From: Squalus acanthias
Lineage: Eukaryota
Assembly (NCBI GenBank): GCA_030390025.1
Contig: CM059438.1
Span: forward strand, 61,878,001-61,942,000
DNA length: 64,000 nt
Direction: 5' to 3'
Each line of letters begins with the position of its first letter. The first letter of the stretch is position 1. Below, in pieces: positions 33,251 through 47,545 of the stretch. The notes beneath the pieces were generated by a model, which was not told where the DNA came from, did not search any database, and saw nothing but the letters and a program-made list of their open reading frames with translations. The position numbers were made by a program, and so were the translations under genes.

Positions 33251-36200
33251 TAAACACTGAGACGCTCCCCAGGATCCTCTGCTGTAACTTGGCTAGAGTG
33301 CAGTTTGTCATGGAGTGCAGCTTGGAACAGAGTGTTGACCTGAGAGTTTGGTCGGGGAGGGAGGTGTTCCTTTCCTTTTCTATCTTTGTCAGCTTCCAGG
33401 ACCTGGTGAGTATTTCTACAGTCCAGTCGTTAAAGTAAAAGTAAGGTCTCTAGTTTAGAGTAAGTAGTGTTTAAAGGGAAGTAAAGTCCCTAGTGTATTT
33501 AATATTCTTTAATTTAAAGGGAGTAAATTAAGGGTAGGACATGGCAGGGCAGCTCGGCAGCGTGGCGTGCTCCTCCTGTGCTATGTGGGAAGTCAGGGAC
33601 ACTTTCGGTGTCCAGGGCGAACACGTGCAGGAAGTGTCGCCAGCTGCAGCTACTCTAAATCCGCGTTTTGGAGCTGCGGCTGGAGTCACTGTGCAGCATC
33701 CGCGAAGCTGAGATCTTCGTGGATAGCACGTTTAACGAGGTGGTCACACCGCAGGTAAAGAGTGCACAGGCAGACAGGAAATGGGTGACCGCCAGACAGA
33801 GTAAAAGAACTAGGAAGGTAGTGCAGGAGTCCCCTGGGTCCATCTCCCTCTCCAACAGATTTTCCATTTCGGATACTGATGGGGCAGATGGTTTCTCAGG
33901 GGAATGCAGCAAGAGCCAAGTCTGTGGCACTACGAGTGGCTCAGCTGCACAGGAGGGGAGGAAAAAGAATGGGAGAGCAATAATGATAGGAGATTCTATC
34001 GTAAGGGGAACAGATAGTCGCTTCTGTGGTCGCAGATGTGACTCCAGGATGGTATGTTGCCTCCCTGGTGCCAGGATCAAGGATGTCACTGAACGGCTGC
34101 AGGGCATTCTGAAGGGGGAGGGCGAACAGTCAGAGGTTGTGGTTCACATTGGTACCAACGACATGGGTAGAAAGAGGGATGAGGTCCTGCAACAAGAATT
34201 TAGGGAGCTAGGTAGCAGATTAAAAAGCAGGACCTCAAAGGTTGTAATCTCTGGATTACTCCCGGTGCCACGTGCTAGTGAGTATAAGAATAGGAGGATA
34301 GAGCAGATGAATGCGTGGCTAAAGAGTTGGTGCAGGAGGGAGGGCTTTAGTTTCCTAGATCACTGGGTCTGCTTCTGGGGAAGGTGGGACCTGTACAAGT
34401 CAGACGGGTTGCACCTGAACCGGAACGGGACCAACATCCTTGCAGGAAGGTTTGTTAGTACTGTTGGGGGTTTAAACTAACTTGGCAGGGGGATGGGATA
34501 CAGAGTGGAGCTATAGTAGGGGGTGATGCACAGCAAAATATAGAGGGAAAAAACAAGTCAGCCTGGAAGGCAGAGCAAATATGTAACGGCACAAGGGAAT
34601 ATGGCAAGGCTGGATGGCATTTATTTTAATGCAAGGACTCTTGTGAGTAAGGCAGATGAATTGAAGGTGTTGATAAACACATGGGAGTATGATATTGTTG
34701 CTATCACAGAGACATGGTTGAGGGAGGGGCAGGACTGGCAGCTCAATATTCCGGGGTATAGAATCTTCAGGCAAGACAGAGGGGGGTGTAAAAGTGTCGG
34801 AATATTAATCAAGGAGTCAATTACTGCTGTAAGGAGGGATGATATCTTAGCAGGTTCCTCTAATGAGGCCATATGGGTAGAACTTAAAAAGAAAAAGGGG
34901 GCAAGCACTTTGCTGGGAGTGTACTATAGGCCCCCAAACAGTCAGGGGGAGATAGAGGAACAGATATGTAGGCAAATCTCAGAGAAGTGTAGAAATAATA
35001 GGGTAATAATAGTAGGGGATTTCAACTTCCCCAATATTAACTGGGATAGTCAGAGTGTGAAAGGCTTAGAGGGTGCGGAATTCTTACAGTGCATCCAGGA
35101 GAGCTTTTTGAGCCAGCATGTAGAAAGCCCTACAAGAGAAGGGGCGGTACTGGACCTAATTCTAGGGAATGTAGCTGGGCAAGTGGTAGAAGTGTCAGTG
35201 GGAGAGCTTTTTGGTGACAGTGACCATAATTCGGTGAGATTTAAGGTAGTCATGGAAAAGGACAAAGATGGACCGGAGATAAAGGTTCTAAATTGGGGGA
35301 AGGCCGATTTTAATATGATAAGGCAGGATCTGGCCAGAGTGGACTGGGATCAGCTACTTGTCAGAAAATCCACATTGGAGTAGTGGGAGTCTTTCAGAAA
35401 GGAAATAGAGAGTACGACGCCAACATGTTCCCGTAAAGGTCAAGGGTGGGACCAACAAACCCAGGGAACCCTGGATGTCAAGGGATATACAAGAATGGAT
35501 TAGGAAAAAAAGAGAGGCTTTTGGCAGATACAAAGGACTAAAAACAGTGGAAGCCCTAGAGGAGTATAGAAAGTGCAGGGGGGTACTTAAAAAAGAAATT
35601 AGGAGAGCGAAGAGGGGGCATGAAAAAACACTGGCGGGCAAAATAAAGGAAAATCCCAAGGTGTTTTATAAGTATATTAAGGGCAAGATAACCACGGAAA
35701 GAGTAGGGCCCATTAGGGACCAAAGTGGCCATCTGTGTGTAGAGCCGGAAGATGTAGGTGAGGTTTTAATTGAATATTTTGCATCTGTGTTCACTATGGA
35801 GAAGGACGATGTAGGAATAGAAATCAGGCAGGGGGATTGTGATATACTTGAACAAATTAGTATTGAGAGGGAGGAGGTACTAGCGGTTTTAGCAGGCTTA
35901 AAAGTGGATAAATCCCCAGGCCCTGACGAGATGTATCCCAGGCTGCTGTGTGAGGCAAGGGAGGAGATTGCAGGGGCTCTGACACAAATTTTCAGAACAT
36001 CTCTGGCCACAGGGGAGGTGCCAGAGGACTGGAGAACAGCTAACGTAGTACCATTATTCAAGAAGGGTAGTAGGGATAAACCAGGGAATTACAGGCCAGT
36101 GAGCCTAACATCAGTGGTAGGGAAATTATTGGAAAAAATTCTGAGGGACAGAATTAGTCTCCACTTGGAGAGGCAGGGATTAATCAGGGATAGTCAGCAT

Positions 36201-37470
36201 GGCTTTGTCAGGGGGAGATCATGTCTGACCAATTTGATTGAATTTTTCGAGGGGGTGACTAGGTGTGTGGATGAGGGTACTGCAGTTGATGTAGTCTACC
36301 TGGACTTCAGTAAGGCTTTTGACAAAGTCCCACATGGGAGACTGGTCAAGAAGGTAAGAGCCCATGGGATCCAGGGCAATTTCGACATTGGATCCAAAAT
36401 TGGCTTAGTGGCAGGAGGCAGAGCGTGATGGTCGAAGGTTGTTTTTGTGTCTGGAAGCCTGTGTCCAGTGGCGTACCGCAGGGATCGGTGCTGGGTCCTT
36501 TGCTGTTTGTAGTGTACATTAATGATTTAGATATGAATGTAGGAGGTATGATCAGTAAGTTCGCAGATGACACGAAAATTGGTGGAGTGGTAAATAGCGA
36601 GGAGGGAAGCCTCAAGCTACAGGACGATATAGATGGGTTGGTTAGATGGGCAGAACAGTGGCAAATGGAATTTAACCCTGAAAAGTGTGAGGTGATGCAT
36701 TTTGGGAGGACTAACAAGGCAAGGGAATACACAATGAATGGTAGGACCCTAGGAAGAACAGAGGATCAGAGGGACCTTGGTGTGTATGTACACAGATCCC
36801 TGAAGGCAGCAGGACAGGTAGATAAGGTGGTTAAAAAGGCATATGGGATACTTGCCTTCATTAGCCGAGGCATAGAATATAAGAGCAGGGAGGTTATGAT
36901 GGAGCTGTACAAAGTGCTAGTTAAGCCACAACTGGAATACTGTGTGCAGTTCTGGTCGCCACACTATAGGAAGGATGTGATTGCATTGGAGAGGGTGCAG
37001 AGGAGATTCACCAGGATGTTACCTGGGCTGGAGCGCTTCAGCTATGAAGAGAGACTGGACAGGCTGGGGTTGTTTTCCTTAGAGCAGAGAAGGCTGAGGG
37101 CGGACCTGATTGAGGTGTACAAAATTATGAGGGGCATAGATAGGGTAGATAGAGGGGAAACTTTCCCCTTGGTGAAGGGGTCAGTAACCAGGGGGCATGG
37201 TTTCAAGGTAAGGGGCAGGAGATTTAGAGGGGATTTGAGGAAAAACCTTTTCACCCAGAGGGTGGTTGGAATCTGGAACTCACTGCGTGAAAGGGTGGTA
37301 GAGACAGGAACCCTCAACATTCAAGAAGCATTTAGATGAGCACTTGAAACGTCATAGCATACAAGGCTATGGACCAAGTGCTGGAAAATGGGATTAGAAT
37401 AGACAGGGCTTGATGGCCGGCGTGGACATGATGGGCCGAAGGGCCTCTTTCTGTGCTGTATAACTCTATG
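33250..37470 (+). mobile_element. Near-full-length CR1 LINE (copy B) in ZMYND19 intron 3
   Basis: ORF1 from ATG 33541 (frameshifted, then open 33668-34480). ORF2 in pieces 34601-35383, 35475-36428, 36425-37339. 3' end CTGTATAACTCTATG. Near-identical to copy A. Confidence 0.95.
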
Positions 37471-37527
37471 AACTTCACAAAGGCAGCAATCGAAAGGAAA
37501 AAGAATTATATTTGCAGAAAACTCTTT

Positions 37528-40314
37528 GGACTAGAAATTTGTTATAGCCAAGAAATGGGCAGTGTTTAGACTAAAAATGGTCGCCACCTGAAAATCGTCT
37601 TGGCTACATGCAAAATTTGACCTCACCCCTCATTAAAATTATTGCAAGTCATGATTCTCGTCTAAAAACCCAAGCTCATTGGCGTTACACTGAAAAGATG
37701 GACCAATATCGGAGGCCGTCTAAACGCAAGTAATGATTGCCACAGGCTTTTTTCACTACTTAAAGGGGAGGTTCATTGATGCTGCAGCACTTCATTCTCA
37801 GCATTGTTGGGTGTGCAGCTGCCTCAACACCAGAAGAAGGAGGACACGGAGAAGGATCACTTAATTACAAATCCTGATGGCAGATCGCCACCCCAGGGAG
37901 AGAGCCCGGCGGTTTTCCGATAAAGCTTTGGAGGCATTGGTTTTAGCAGTGGAGAGAAGGCGGGCAGTCCTGTACCCAGCAACTGGCAGGAGGCCCTCGC
38001 CACAAGTCTGCCGGACTATGTGGAGGGAGGTGGCACATACATAAATACTACATACCACCACCTGTACCACAAGCTTCATACACAACTCAATGCACCACAC
38101 CCCCAGCACTCACCCACCAACAATCTCTACCTAGCAACACTCACATCGACATCTCTCAGCTTTCACACAATGACAGCTATTCAACTGTGGCAGGCACAAG
38201 AGTCGTTAGTTATTAGAATTCATGTGATCTGTTTATAGATAAATTTATTAATTATGTTTGGAATATTTTGTGGTCTCATTTCACCTTTGCGCCCAGGAGG
38301 GTGCTGTGATATGGCATGAGAGGGATTACATGATGGGGATGTGGTGAGCAACGGGGATCTGGGGTTTCATTCATGCGAATCGGAGTCTGATGAGCCGGTC
38401 ATGGACAGCCCGTCCGGAAGGCCGATTGTCTCGCTGCCTCCGCCCTCTCTCCTGTTCTTGTTCCTCATCCTCCTCTGCCTCATCGTCCTACTGAGGTGGT
38501 CCTGCAATCCCTGCTGGCAAGGGCTGTGCCCTCATGATGGCCAAGTTGTGGAGCATGCAGCAGACCACCACGAAATGGGACACCCAGCGAGTACTGGAGG
38601 GCTCCTCCCTAGTGGTCAAGGCAGCGGAACCGTTGCTTCAGTAGGTTGATGGTCTGCTTGTTAATGTGCCTGGTGGCAGCATGGTTCTCATTGAGTGTTG
38701 GGTTTGTGGAGGGGAGTCATGAGCCAGGTGGAGAGCGGCTATCCCTTGTCTCCGAGCAGCCACCCGCGAGCTTGACGTGGTGGCTGGAAGAGCGTCGTAG
38801 AGTCATAACGGCACAGAAGGGGGCCATTCAGCCCATCATGTCCGTGCCGGCTCTCTGTAGAGCAGACCAGTCAGTCCCATTCCCCCGCTCTATCCCCGTA
38901 GCCCTGCAAGTTTATTTCCCTCAAGTGCCTATCCAGTCTCCCCTTGAAAACATTGAGTGTGTCCGCTTCCACCACTTGCGTCGGCAGCGAATTCCAGGTC
39001 CTCACCACTCGTTGCGTAAAAAGGTTTTTCCTCACATCCCCCCCTGTATCTCTTGCCCAAAACCTTAAATCTGTGTCCCCTAGTCCTTGTACCACCAACT
39101 AGTGGGAACAGCCTTTCCCCGTCTAGCCTATCCAAACCAGTCATAATCTTGTACACCAGTGCTGGCACACCGGCCTGGCGCAGGATGAAGGCATCGTGGC
39201 TGCTGCCAGGATAGTGGGCATTGACGTTGAGGATTCGCTGTGTGTGGTCGCACACCAACTGCACATTAAGTGAGTGGTGGCCTTTGCGGTTACGGAAGAT
39301 CGCAGGATTGTTATGTGGTGCCCGCAAAGCCACGTGGGTGCAATTGATGGCGCCATGCACCATCGGGAAGCCCGCTATCCTGTCAAAGCCACATGCACGC
39401 TCGTCCTGTTTCTCTCAGATGATTGGGAAGCCAATGTAGGCCCTTCTCCTGCTGTAGAGAGCCTCAGTGACCTCGCGGATGCAGCGATGAACGGCGAACT
39501 GAGATGTTAGATATGTCTCCTGCTGCAGAGTTGAACGATCCTCTTGCTAAGAAATTCACGGCCATGGTGACCTTGACTGCCACTGGGAGAGCCCTGGTCT
39601 GAGGCTGGAGGTCTGGTTGCTGGAGGTGGCAGAGTTCTGTGACTACCTCCTTGGTGAAGCAGAGCCTCCTGATACACTGCTCCTCGCTTAATTGAAGGTA
39701 GGAGAAGTGGTGTTGGAAGAAGTGGTGGGTAAGGCCTCCTGTTGAGAGCCCTGATGGCCCTCCTCCTCCCTCTGCGCACATGTTCCCGTCTTTCTCGCTG
39801 CCTCTGCTCCCTCCACTGTAGATCCTGGAGGGCGAGGTCCACTGCCAGTACAGCCCCCATGACTTTTAGCAAGTGTAGGTGGAAGTTTTTCAAAAATAAT
39901 TATGGAGTTTTGTACTTGCCACAACACTCTCTGACACCAAAGAACCTTGAAATGAATAAAGAAAACTCTTCCAGTAGCAGGAAGTAGCACACAGCCACTC
40001 ACATTTCAAAAACCTGTCAGGTCCGAGTGATTGGTGATGATCCCTTTAAATAGCTTCGCTGGACCCAGCTTCCTGCTGCTGCATGCCACCTGAAGCTGTC
40101 GTCGTCTTCTCCAGCCGGTAAGTTCATTGGCTGTAACGAAGTTGGGAGATCGGGCGTCAAGTGAGTGTTGCACACTCACTGACGTCACGATCTCCGTGAT
40201 GGCGAGGTTCCCCGCGATTGCGTTCAGCGGCAGCGCTACCGGCATCAGGTGGCGTTAAAGCTCAATGGCGTTTTAGCACCATCTCGTGTCGCAAACCACA
40301 CGAATTTCGCCCCC
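37528..40314. mobile_element. Decayed two-gene PIF/Harbinger transposon (transposase on -, Myb/SANT protein start on +)
   Basis: - strand LSEEQCIRRLCF..LPVAVKVT..GSF, GAINCTH..FRNRKGHHSLNVQLVCD..YPGSSHDAFILR, WLLGDKG*P..WLMTP, KQRFRCLD..CCMLHNLA. + strand 37877-38035 MADRHPRERARRFSDKALEALVLAVERRRAVLYP..WREVA. Ends TTT|GGACTAGAAATT and AATTTCGCCCCC|TTT. Confidence 0.88.
38797..39155 (-). mobile_element. CR1 3' fragment nested in the Harbinger transposase
   Basis: [32 protein letters not shown]. Confidence 0.9.
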
Positions 40315-40954
40315 TTTTTCTTAGTTTGCAGCAATGGGCCATAACTTGCTGTGGCAGGGCATCGAACAGTGTCTGCCGTTAGTTAGACTTGCCCCTTCAT
40401 GTTTACAGTTTTAAATGTTTTGCATGGCAAGTTGCTGAAAATGTGAGCTGATAACAGCGCAGCGAGAGAAACTGGGTATCTGGGACCTGAGTGAATAGGT
40501 CAAGCAACTGTGTATCTCCTTAACCAATCAGATTGAAGGATTGTGAAATTAACAGCATAAGGACTGAGAAGGAAGTGTAAATTAGAGTGGGTAAATTCAA
40601 TGTCAAATCAGGTACAGAAAGAGGAATAAAGAGGGAAAGAAAGATTGGTTTGAGAGGGAAAAAAATATAGAAAGGTAAAGTAAAAAGAAATATTCATTTT
40701 TAATTTGACATTTTTAAAATCTCCAACAACAATTAAAACCTGAAGGAATGAGACTCCACACTTGTTATAGTTAATTTTCAGAACCAGAGCGGTTGTTTGG
40801 CAGTAATTATCACGTTAAAAGGGTACTTAGACTGGAATGGGCAAGACTTAACCTTTTGTGGTGAGTTTAGTTTGTATGTACCGCATAAATACAGCAACAT
40901 CACGCCACCAGAGCGGTGCAACTCGGAAAGCAACTTTTGGATATTTAAGTTTAA

Positions 40955-43358
40955 GGTTTCCTGGACCAATATGTCGAGGAACCAACTAGAGATCAGGCCA
41001 TTTTAGACTGGGTATTATGTAATGAGAAAGAATTAATTAGCAATCTTGTTGTGCGAGGCCCCTTGGGGAGGAGCGATCATAATATGATAGAATTCTTCAT
41101 TCAGATGGAGAGTAAAGTAGATGACTCAGAGACTAGGGTCCTGAATTTAAATAAAGGAAACTACGATGGTATGAGGCGCGAGTTGGCTAGGATGGATTGG
41201 GGAACGTTACTTAAAGGGTTGACGGTGGATAGGCAATGGCAAACATTTAAAGATCACATGGATGAACTACAGAATTTGTTCATCCCTGTTTGGCATAAAA
41301 ATAAAACAAAAAAGGTGACTCCACCGTGGCTAACAAGGGAAATTAGAGATAGCATAAGATCCAAGGAGAGGACATATAAATTGGCCAGAAAAAGCAGCAA
41401 ACCTGAGGATTGGGAGCAGATTAGGATCCAGCAAAGGAGGACAAAGGGATTAATTAAGAGGGGGAAAATAGAGTATGAGAGTAAGCTTTCAGGGAACATA
41501 AAAACTGACTGTAAAAGCTTCTATAGATATGTGAAAAGAAAAAGATTGGTGAAGTCAAGCATAGGTCATTTGCAGTCAGAATCAGGGGAATTTATAATGG
41601 GGAACAAAGAAATGGCAGACCAATTAAATACATACATTGGTTCTGTCTTCACAAAGGAGGACACAAATAATCTCCCAGAGATGTCGGGGAACATTGGGTC
41701 TAATGAGAGGGAGGAACTGAATGAAATCAGTATTTGTAGGGAAATGGTGTTGGGGAAATTGACGGGATTGAAGGCCAATAAATCCCCAGGGCCTGATAAT
41801 CTACATCCTCGGGTACTTAAGGAAGTGGCCCTAGAAATAGTAGATGCATTGCTGGTCATCTTCCAAAATTCTATAGACTCTGGAACAGTTCCCATGGATT
41901 GGAGGGTAGCTAATGTAACCCCACTATTTAAAAAAGGTGGTAGAGAGAAAACGGGGAATTATAGACCAGTAAGCCTGACATCGGTAGTGGGGAAAATGCT
42001 AGAGTCCATTATATAAGATGTAATAGCAGAGCACTTGGAAAACAGTGACAGGATCGGACAAAGTCAACATGGATTTACAAAAGGTAAATCATGCTTGACT
42101 AATCTACTGGAATTTTTTGAGAATGTAACTGGTAGGATAGATAAGGGAGAACCAGTGGATGTGTTGTATTTGGACTTTCAGAAGGCTTTCGATAAGGTCC
42201 CGCATAAGAGATTAGTGTGCAAAGTTAAAGCACATGGGATTGGGGGTAAGGTACTGACTTGGATAGAGAACTGGTTGGCAGACAGGAAGCAAAGAGTTGG
42301 AATAAACGGGTCTTTTTCCAAGTGGCAGGCAGTAACTAGTGGGGTACCGCAGGGATCGTTGCTAGGACCCCAGTTATTCACAATATATATATGAATGATC
42401 TAGATGAGGGAACTAGATGTAATATCTCCAAGTTTGCAGACGACACAAAGCTGGGTGGGCGTGTGTGCTGTGAGGAGGATGCAGAGAAACTCCAGTATGA
42501 TTTGGACAGGTTGGGTGATTGGGCAGATGCATGGCAGATGCAGTATAATGTGGATAAATGCGAGGTTATCCACTTTGGTGGCAAAAACAGGAAGGCAGAT
42601 TATTATCTGAACGGCAATAGATTGGGAAAAGGGGAAGTGCAACGAGACCTGGGTGTCCTTGTGCACCAGTCGCTGAAGGTAAGCATGCAGGTGCAGCAGG
42701 CAGTTAAGAAGGCAAATGGTATGTTGGCCTTCATAGTGAGAGGATTCGAGTACAGGAGCAAGGATGTCTTGCTGCAGTTGTACAGGGCCTTGGTGAGACC
42801 ACACCTTGAGTATTGTGTGCAGTTTTGGTCACCTTATCTGAGGAAGGATGATCTTGCCATGGAGAGAGTGCAGCGAAGATTCACCAGACTGATACCTGGG
42901 ATGGCAGGAATGACGTATGAAGAGAGATTGGGTCGATTAGGCTTATATTCGCTAGAGTTTAGAAGAATGAGAGGGGATCTCATTGAAACTTATAAAATTC
43001 TAACAGGACTAGACAGACAAGATGCAGGAAGGATGTTCCCGATGGCGGGGGAGTCCAGAACCTGGGGTCACAGTCTAAGGATAAGGGGTAAGCCATTTAG
43101 GACTGAGATGAGGAGGAATTTCTTCACCCAGAGAGTGGTGAACCTGTGGAATTCTCTACCACACAAGGCAGTTGAGGCCAATTCATTAAATATATTCCAG
43201 AAGGAGTTAGATATATTTCTTAAGGCTAAAGGGATCAAGGGATACGGGGAGAAAGCAGGGACAGGGTACTGAATTTGGATGATCAGCCATGATCTCATTA
43301 AATGGCGGAACAGTTTCGAGGGGCCGAATGGCCTACTCCTGCTCCTATCTTCTATGCA
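40955..43358 (+). mobile_element. 5'-truncated CR1 LINE with frameshifted ORF2, related to the 19581-22564 family
   Basis: ORFs 41051-42016, 42035-42394 and 42391-43272 ending KGYGEKAGTGY. Possibly nested in a MITE with ends GGGCCATAACTTGCTG (about 40336) and CAGGGAAACCTGGGCC (about 43429). Confidence 0.92.
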
Positions 43359-44683
43359 TCTGCCCCCTGTGCATAAGTAACAGTGAGTGCCATTAGCCTC
43401 ACCGTTATTTTAACAGGGAAACCTGGGCCGATGTGCTAGGAAGTCAAATCCTAACAGGAATCTGATGCATGACTGACAACAGGACCATCCACGCTCCAGG
43501 GCCCTCCGTGAGTCCAAGATCATGTGTGCAAAGCACTAGAATTAATGGAGGGCGACTTGGCTCTGCAGCAATTGCCCCACTTACCCAGGGGGGGGGGGGT
43601 TCCAGGCCCACTCTGAGCCGCAGTGCTTTCCTGTTGCAGCCTGTAACACGAATCCTCCCAACAGCTTGCGACGAAACTGTTGTTTTTTTTCAGACTCCGT
43701 GCTCCTTTCCCAGCACTCTGAGCAGCCGCTCTGTGAGCATTCCGGCTGATTTCAGCAGTGACGCTATTCCTCAGGGCAAACGAGGGTCTTCACAAAACCT
43801 CTCCTCTCGTGCTGCCCTCCCACAGGTAGCAGGCCAGCCATTCACATCGGCCTGCTAATGGTACTAATGAGGCCGATCGCTAGACTGCTACAATCAGAAG
43901 GTGTTCGGTTTGTCTGCCTGAGGGGGATGATACCATTTAGTAGGTGACAATCCTAATTAGACAAGATGTGTCCGTGTCTGAAGGATTCCATTAACTGCTG
44001 TATGCTGTGGTGGTCTCTGGTACATTGTAACCACTTGCAATAAGCGGCCTGCAACACATTGAGGGATTCAGATGCCCTGAACCATGAAACAAAGATGTTT
44101 TCCATTTCTTCTCACTTCAAAAGTACATTCATCCTTTTTAAAAAACAGATGACCAAGTCACTTATTTCATTGCTGTTTGTGGGAGCTTGCTGTGCGCAAA
44201 TTGGCTGCTGTGTTTCCTACATCACAACAAGTGACTACGCTTCAAAAAGTACTTCATTGGCTGCAAAGCGCTTTGGGACGTCTGGTGGTCACGAAAAGCG
44301 CGATAGAATTGCAAGTTCTTTCTTCTAAAGTGTCGAAGTACAGCTGGAGGTAAATGCTCATTGCCGGGCACAGTAACCTAGACGGGCCGACTTACCTGGT
44401 TCTGGCAGCAGCAAGGCGCACTTTTGTTTGTTGTTGTTGTGGGTCTTGTGAATTATCGTTGGTTATCCTGGCCCCCATTTCTGGCTGGTGTATGATGCTG
44501 AGTGGGAAAGTAAACCAGGTGGGGGAGCAAGCAGTGCTGAGAGAGCGGTGTCTCAATGTAGGAGCGATTCTGGCAACAAGCCCACTGGTGCCCATAGCAC
44601 TCTGGGGGGGCTGTAGGTTTTTTTTTGTGGTTTTACCGGCTGGTGGTTGTGCTTTCCGTCCAGGTTCGTGGAAGCTTTGCTAA

Positions 44684-44902
<219 letters not shown>

Positions 44903-45004
44903 TAAGTGGTGTTCACAGGTTTAGTGTTACAGTGCACTCTCCTTCACTTGTATACAGAATACACGGCTTGCCTGGGCAAACTGCAGCTGGCCGAAACCAG
45001 TTAC

Positions 45005-45640
45005 GTTAAAGGGGGATGGAGTATAAAAGCAGGGAAGTCTTGCTTCAGTTATACAAGGTACTGGTGAGGCCACACCTGGAATACGGCGTACAGTTTTGGT
45101 TTCCATATTTAAGAAAAGATATACTTGCTCTAGAGGCAGTTCAGAGAAGGTTCACTTGGTTGATTCCAGAGATGAGGGGGTTGACTTATGAGGAAAGGTT
45201 GAGTAGATTGGGCCTCTACTCATTGGAATACAGAAGAATGAGAGGCGATCTTATCGAAACATATAAGATTGTGAGGGGGCTTGATCGGATGGATGCGGGG
45301 AGGATGTTTCCACTGATGGGTGAGACTAGAACTAGGGGGCATAATCTTAGAATAAGGGGCTGCCGTTTCAAAACTGAGATGAGGAGAAACTTCTTCACTC
45401 AGAGGGTAGTAAATCTATGGAATTTGCTACCTCAGAGAGCTGTGGAAGCTGCGACATTAAATAAATTTAAAACGGAGATAGACAGTTTCCTAGCTGATAA
45501 GGGAATTAAGGGTTATGGGGAGCGGGCAGGGAAGTGGACGTGAGTTTAGGTTCGGATCAGCCATGATCCTATTGAATGGCGGAGCAGGCCCGAGGGGCCA
45601 TATGGCCTACTCCTGCTCTTACTTCTTATGTTCTTATGTA
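45005..45640 (+). mobile_element. CR1 3' fragment in intron 4
   Basis: ORF 45016-45543 is an RT C-terminus; tail (TTCTTATG)2. Confidence 0.92.
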
Positions 45641-46288
45641 CCTGGGTTGGGCAGAGCTTCTTTGCTGTGAAGGTTGAGGTGGCTGGGGAAGCGGGTAGCT
45701 GGGAGGTGATTGGAGTGCCCTGTGTGCGACCAGATTTGGGTGGGCTGTCCCTGAAGCAGTGGACGCTTTCTCTGAAGGCCGCGCAAAACAGCTGATAAAC
45801 TGCGACACCCTCCTCCCCCCACTGCCGGCTCCACGGTCGATTTTGTTTCCAGCGGATATCGGGCAAACCCTGTCTGCGCGGATCTGTCCCCAGGCAGTTT
45901 ATACTGTGCTTCCATTTAAAGAAGGGTGGGATTAACTCCTAGCGAGAGGTAATAAATAATAAAACTTTACTAACCTACTGAAAACTGATATGGGAGGGAG
46001 AGCAGGGTAGAGGAGTGCTGTTCAAGGATGATGACCGGAAGCATTTCTTGACCCAAAGAGTAGTGGAAATCTGGAACACTCTCCTCCAAAAAGCTGTTGA
46101 GGCTGGGGGGTCAATATGAAAAATACATGTTAAGTTAGTAAACAACATAGAATAAGTAAACCTTATATATAAATTTTTGTTAGGCAAGGGTATTGAGGGT
46201 TATGGAACCACAGCAGGTAAATGGAGGTAAGATACAGATCAGCCATGATCTAACGGAATGGCGGAACAGGCTCGAGAGGCTGAATTAG

Positions 46289-47090
<802 letters not shown>

Positions 47091-47214
47091 GGTGGATGTG
47101 CTGTGCTATTCTGAAAATATACAGAACTTTGTTTCTGCTGTATCTATTGCCATCTAGTGACAAGATTGTTATATTACACCCAAGGCAAAGCTGCTTGATA
47201 GTAGTTTATAAAGA

Positions 47215-47545
47215 ACTTGCTTTGATGTGCAGCCTTATTACATTCTCAAGATGTCCCAATGCGCATCTCTTCCAATGGATTATCTTTGAACTGCAGTGAT
47301 CATGTAAGCAAGCATGGCAATCAGATTGCGGACTGCAAGATCCCACAAAGAACAAACTAGACGTATGACCAAATAATCTGCTTTTGAGGAAGGAATGTTG
47401 GCCGGAAGAACAGCAGAAGCCCCTGCTCCTCTTTGAATTATACCATGGGATGTGTATCCACCAGGGCAGGAAGCTGGTACCTCCAACCATGCAGCACTCT
47501 CTCGGTGCTGCGCTAAAATGTCAGCCTAGGTGTTGTGCTCAAGTC
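47215..47545 (-). mobile_element. Degraded Deu-domain SINE
   Basis: GCAAGATCCCACAAA..TACCATGGGA..CTAAAATGTCAGCCTAG matches the other copies. Confidence 0.6.

Noticed and set aside
38929..39781. HARBI1 host gene, or a transposase-RT fusion ORF
   Set aside because: Frameshifts, a stop, a lost catalytic Asp and element termini indicate a dead transposon. The apparent fusion is read-through into a nested CR1 fragment.
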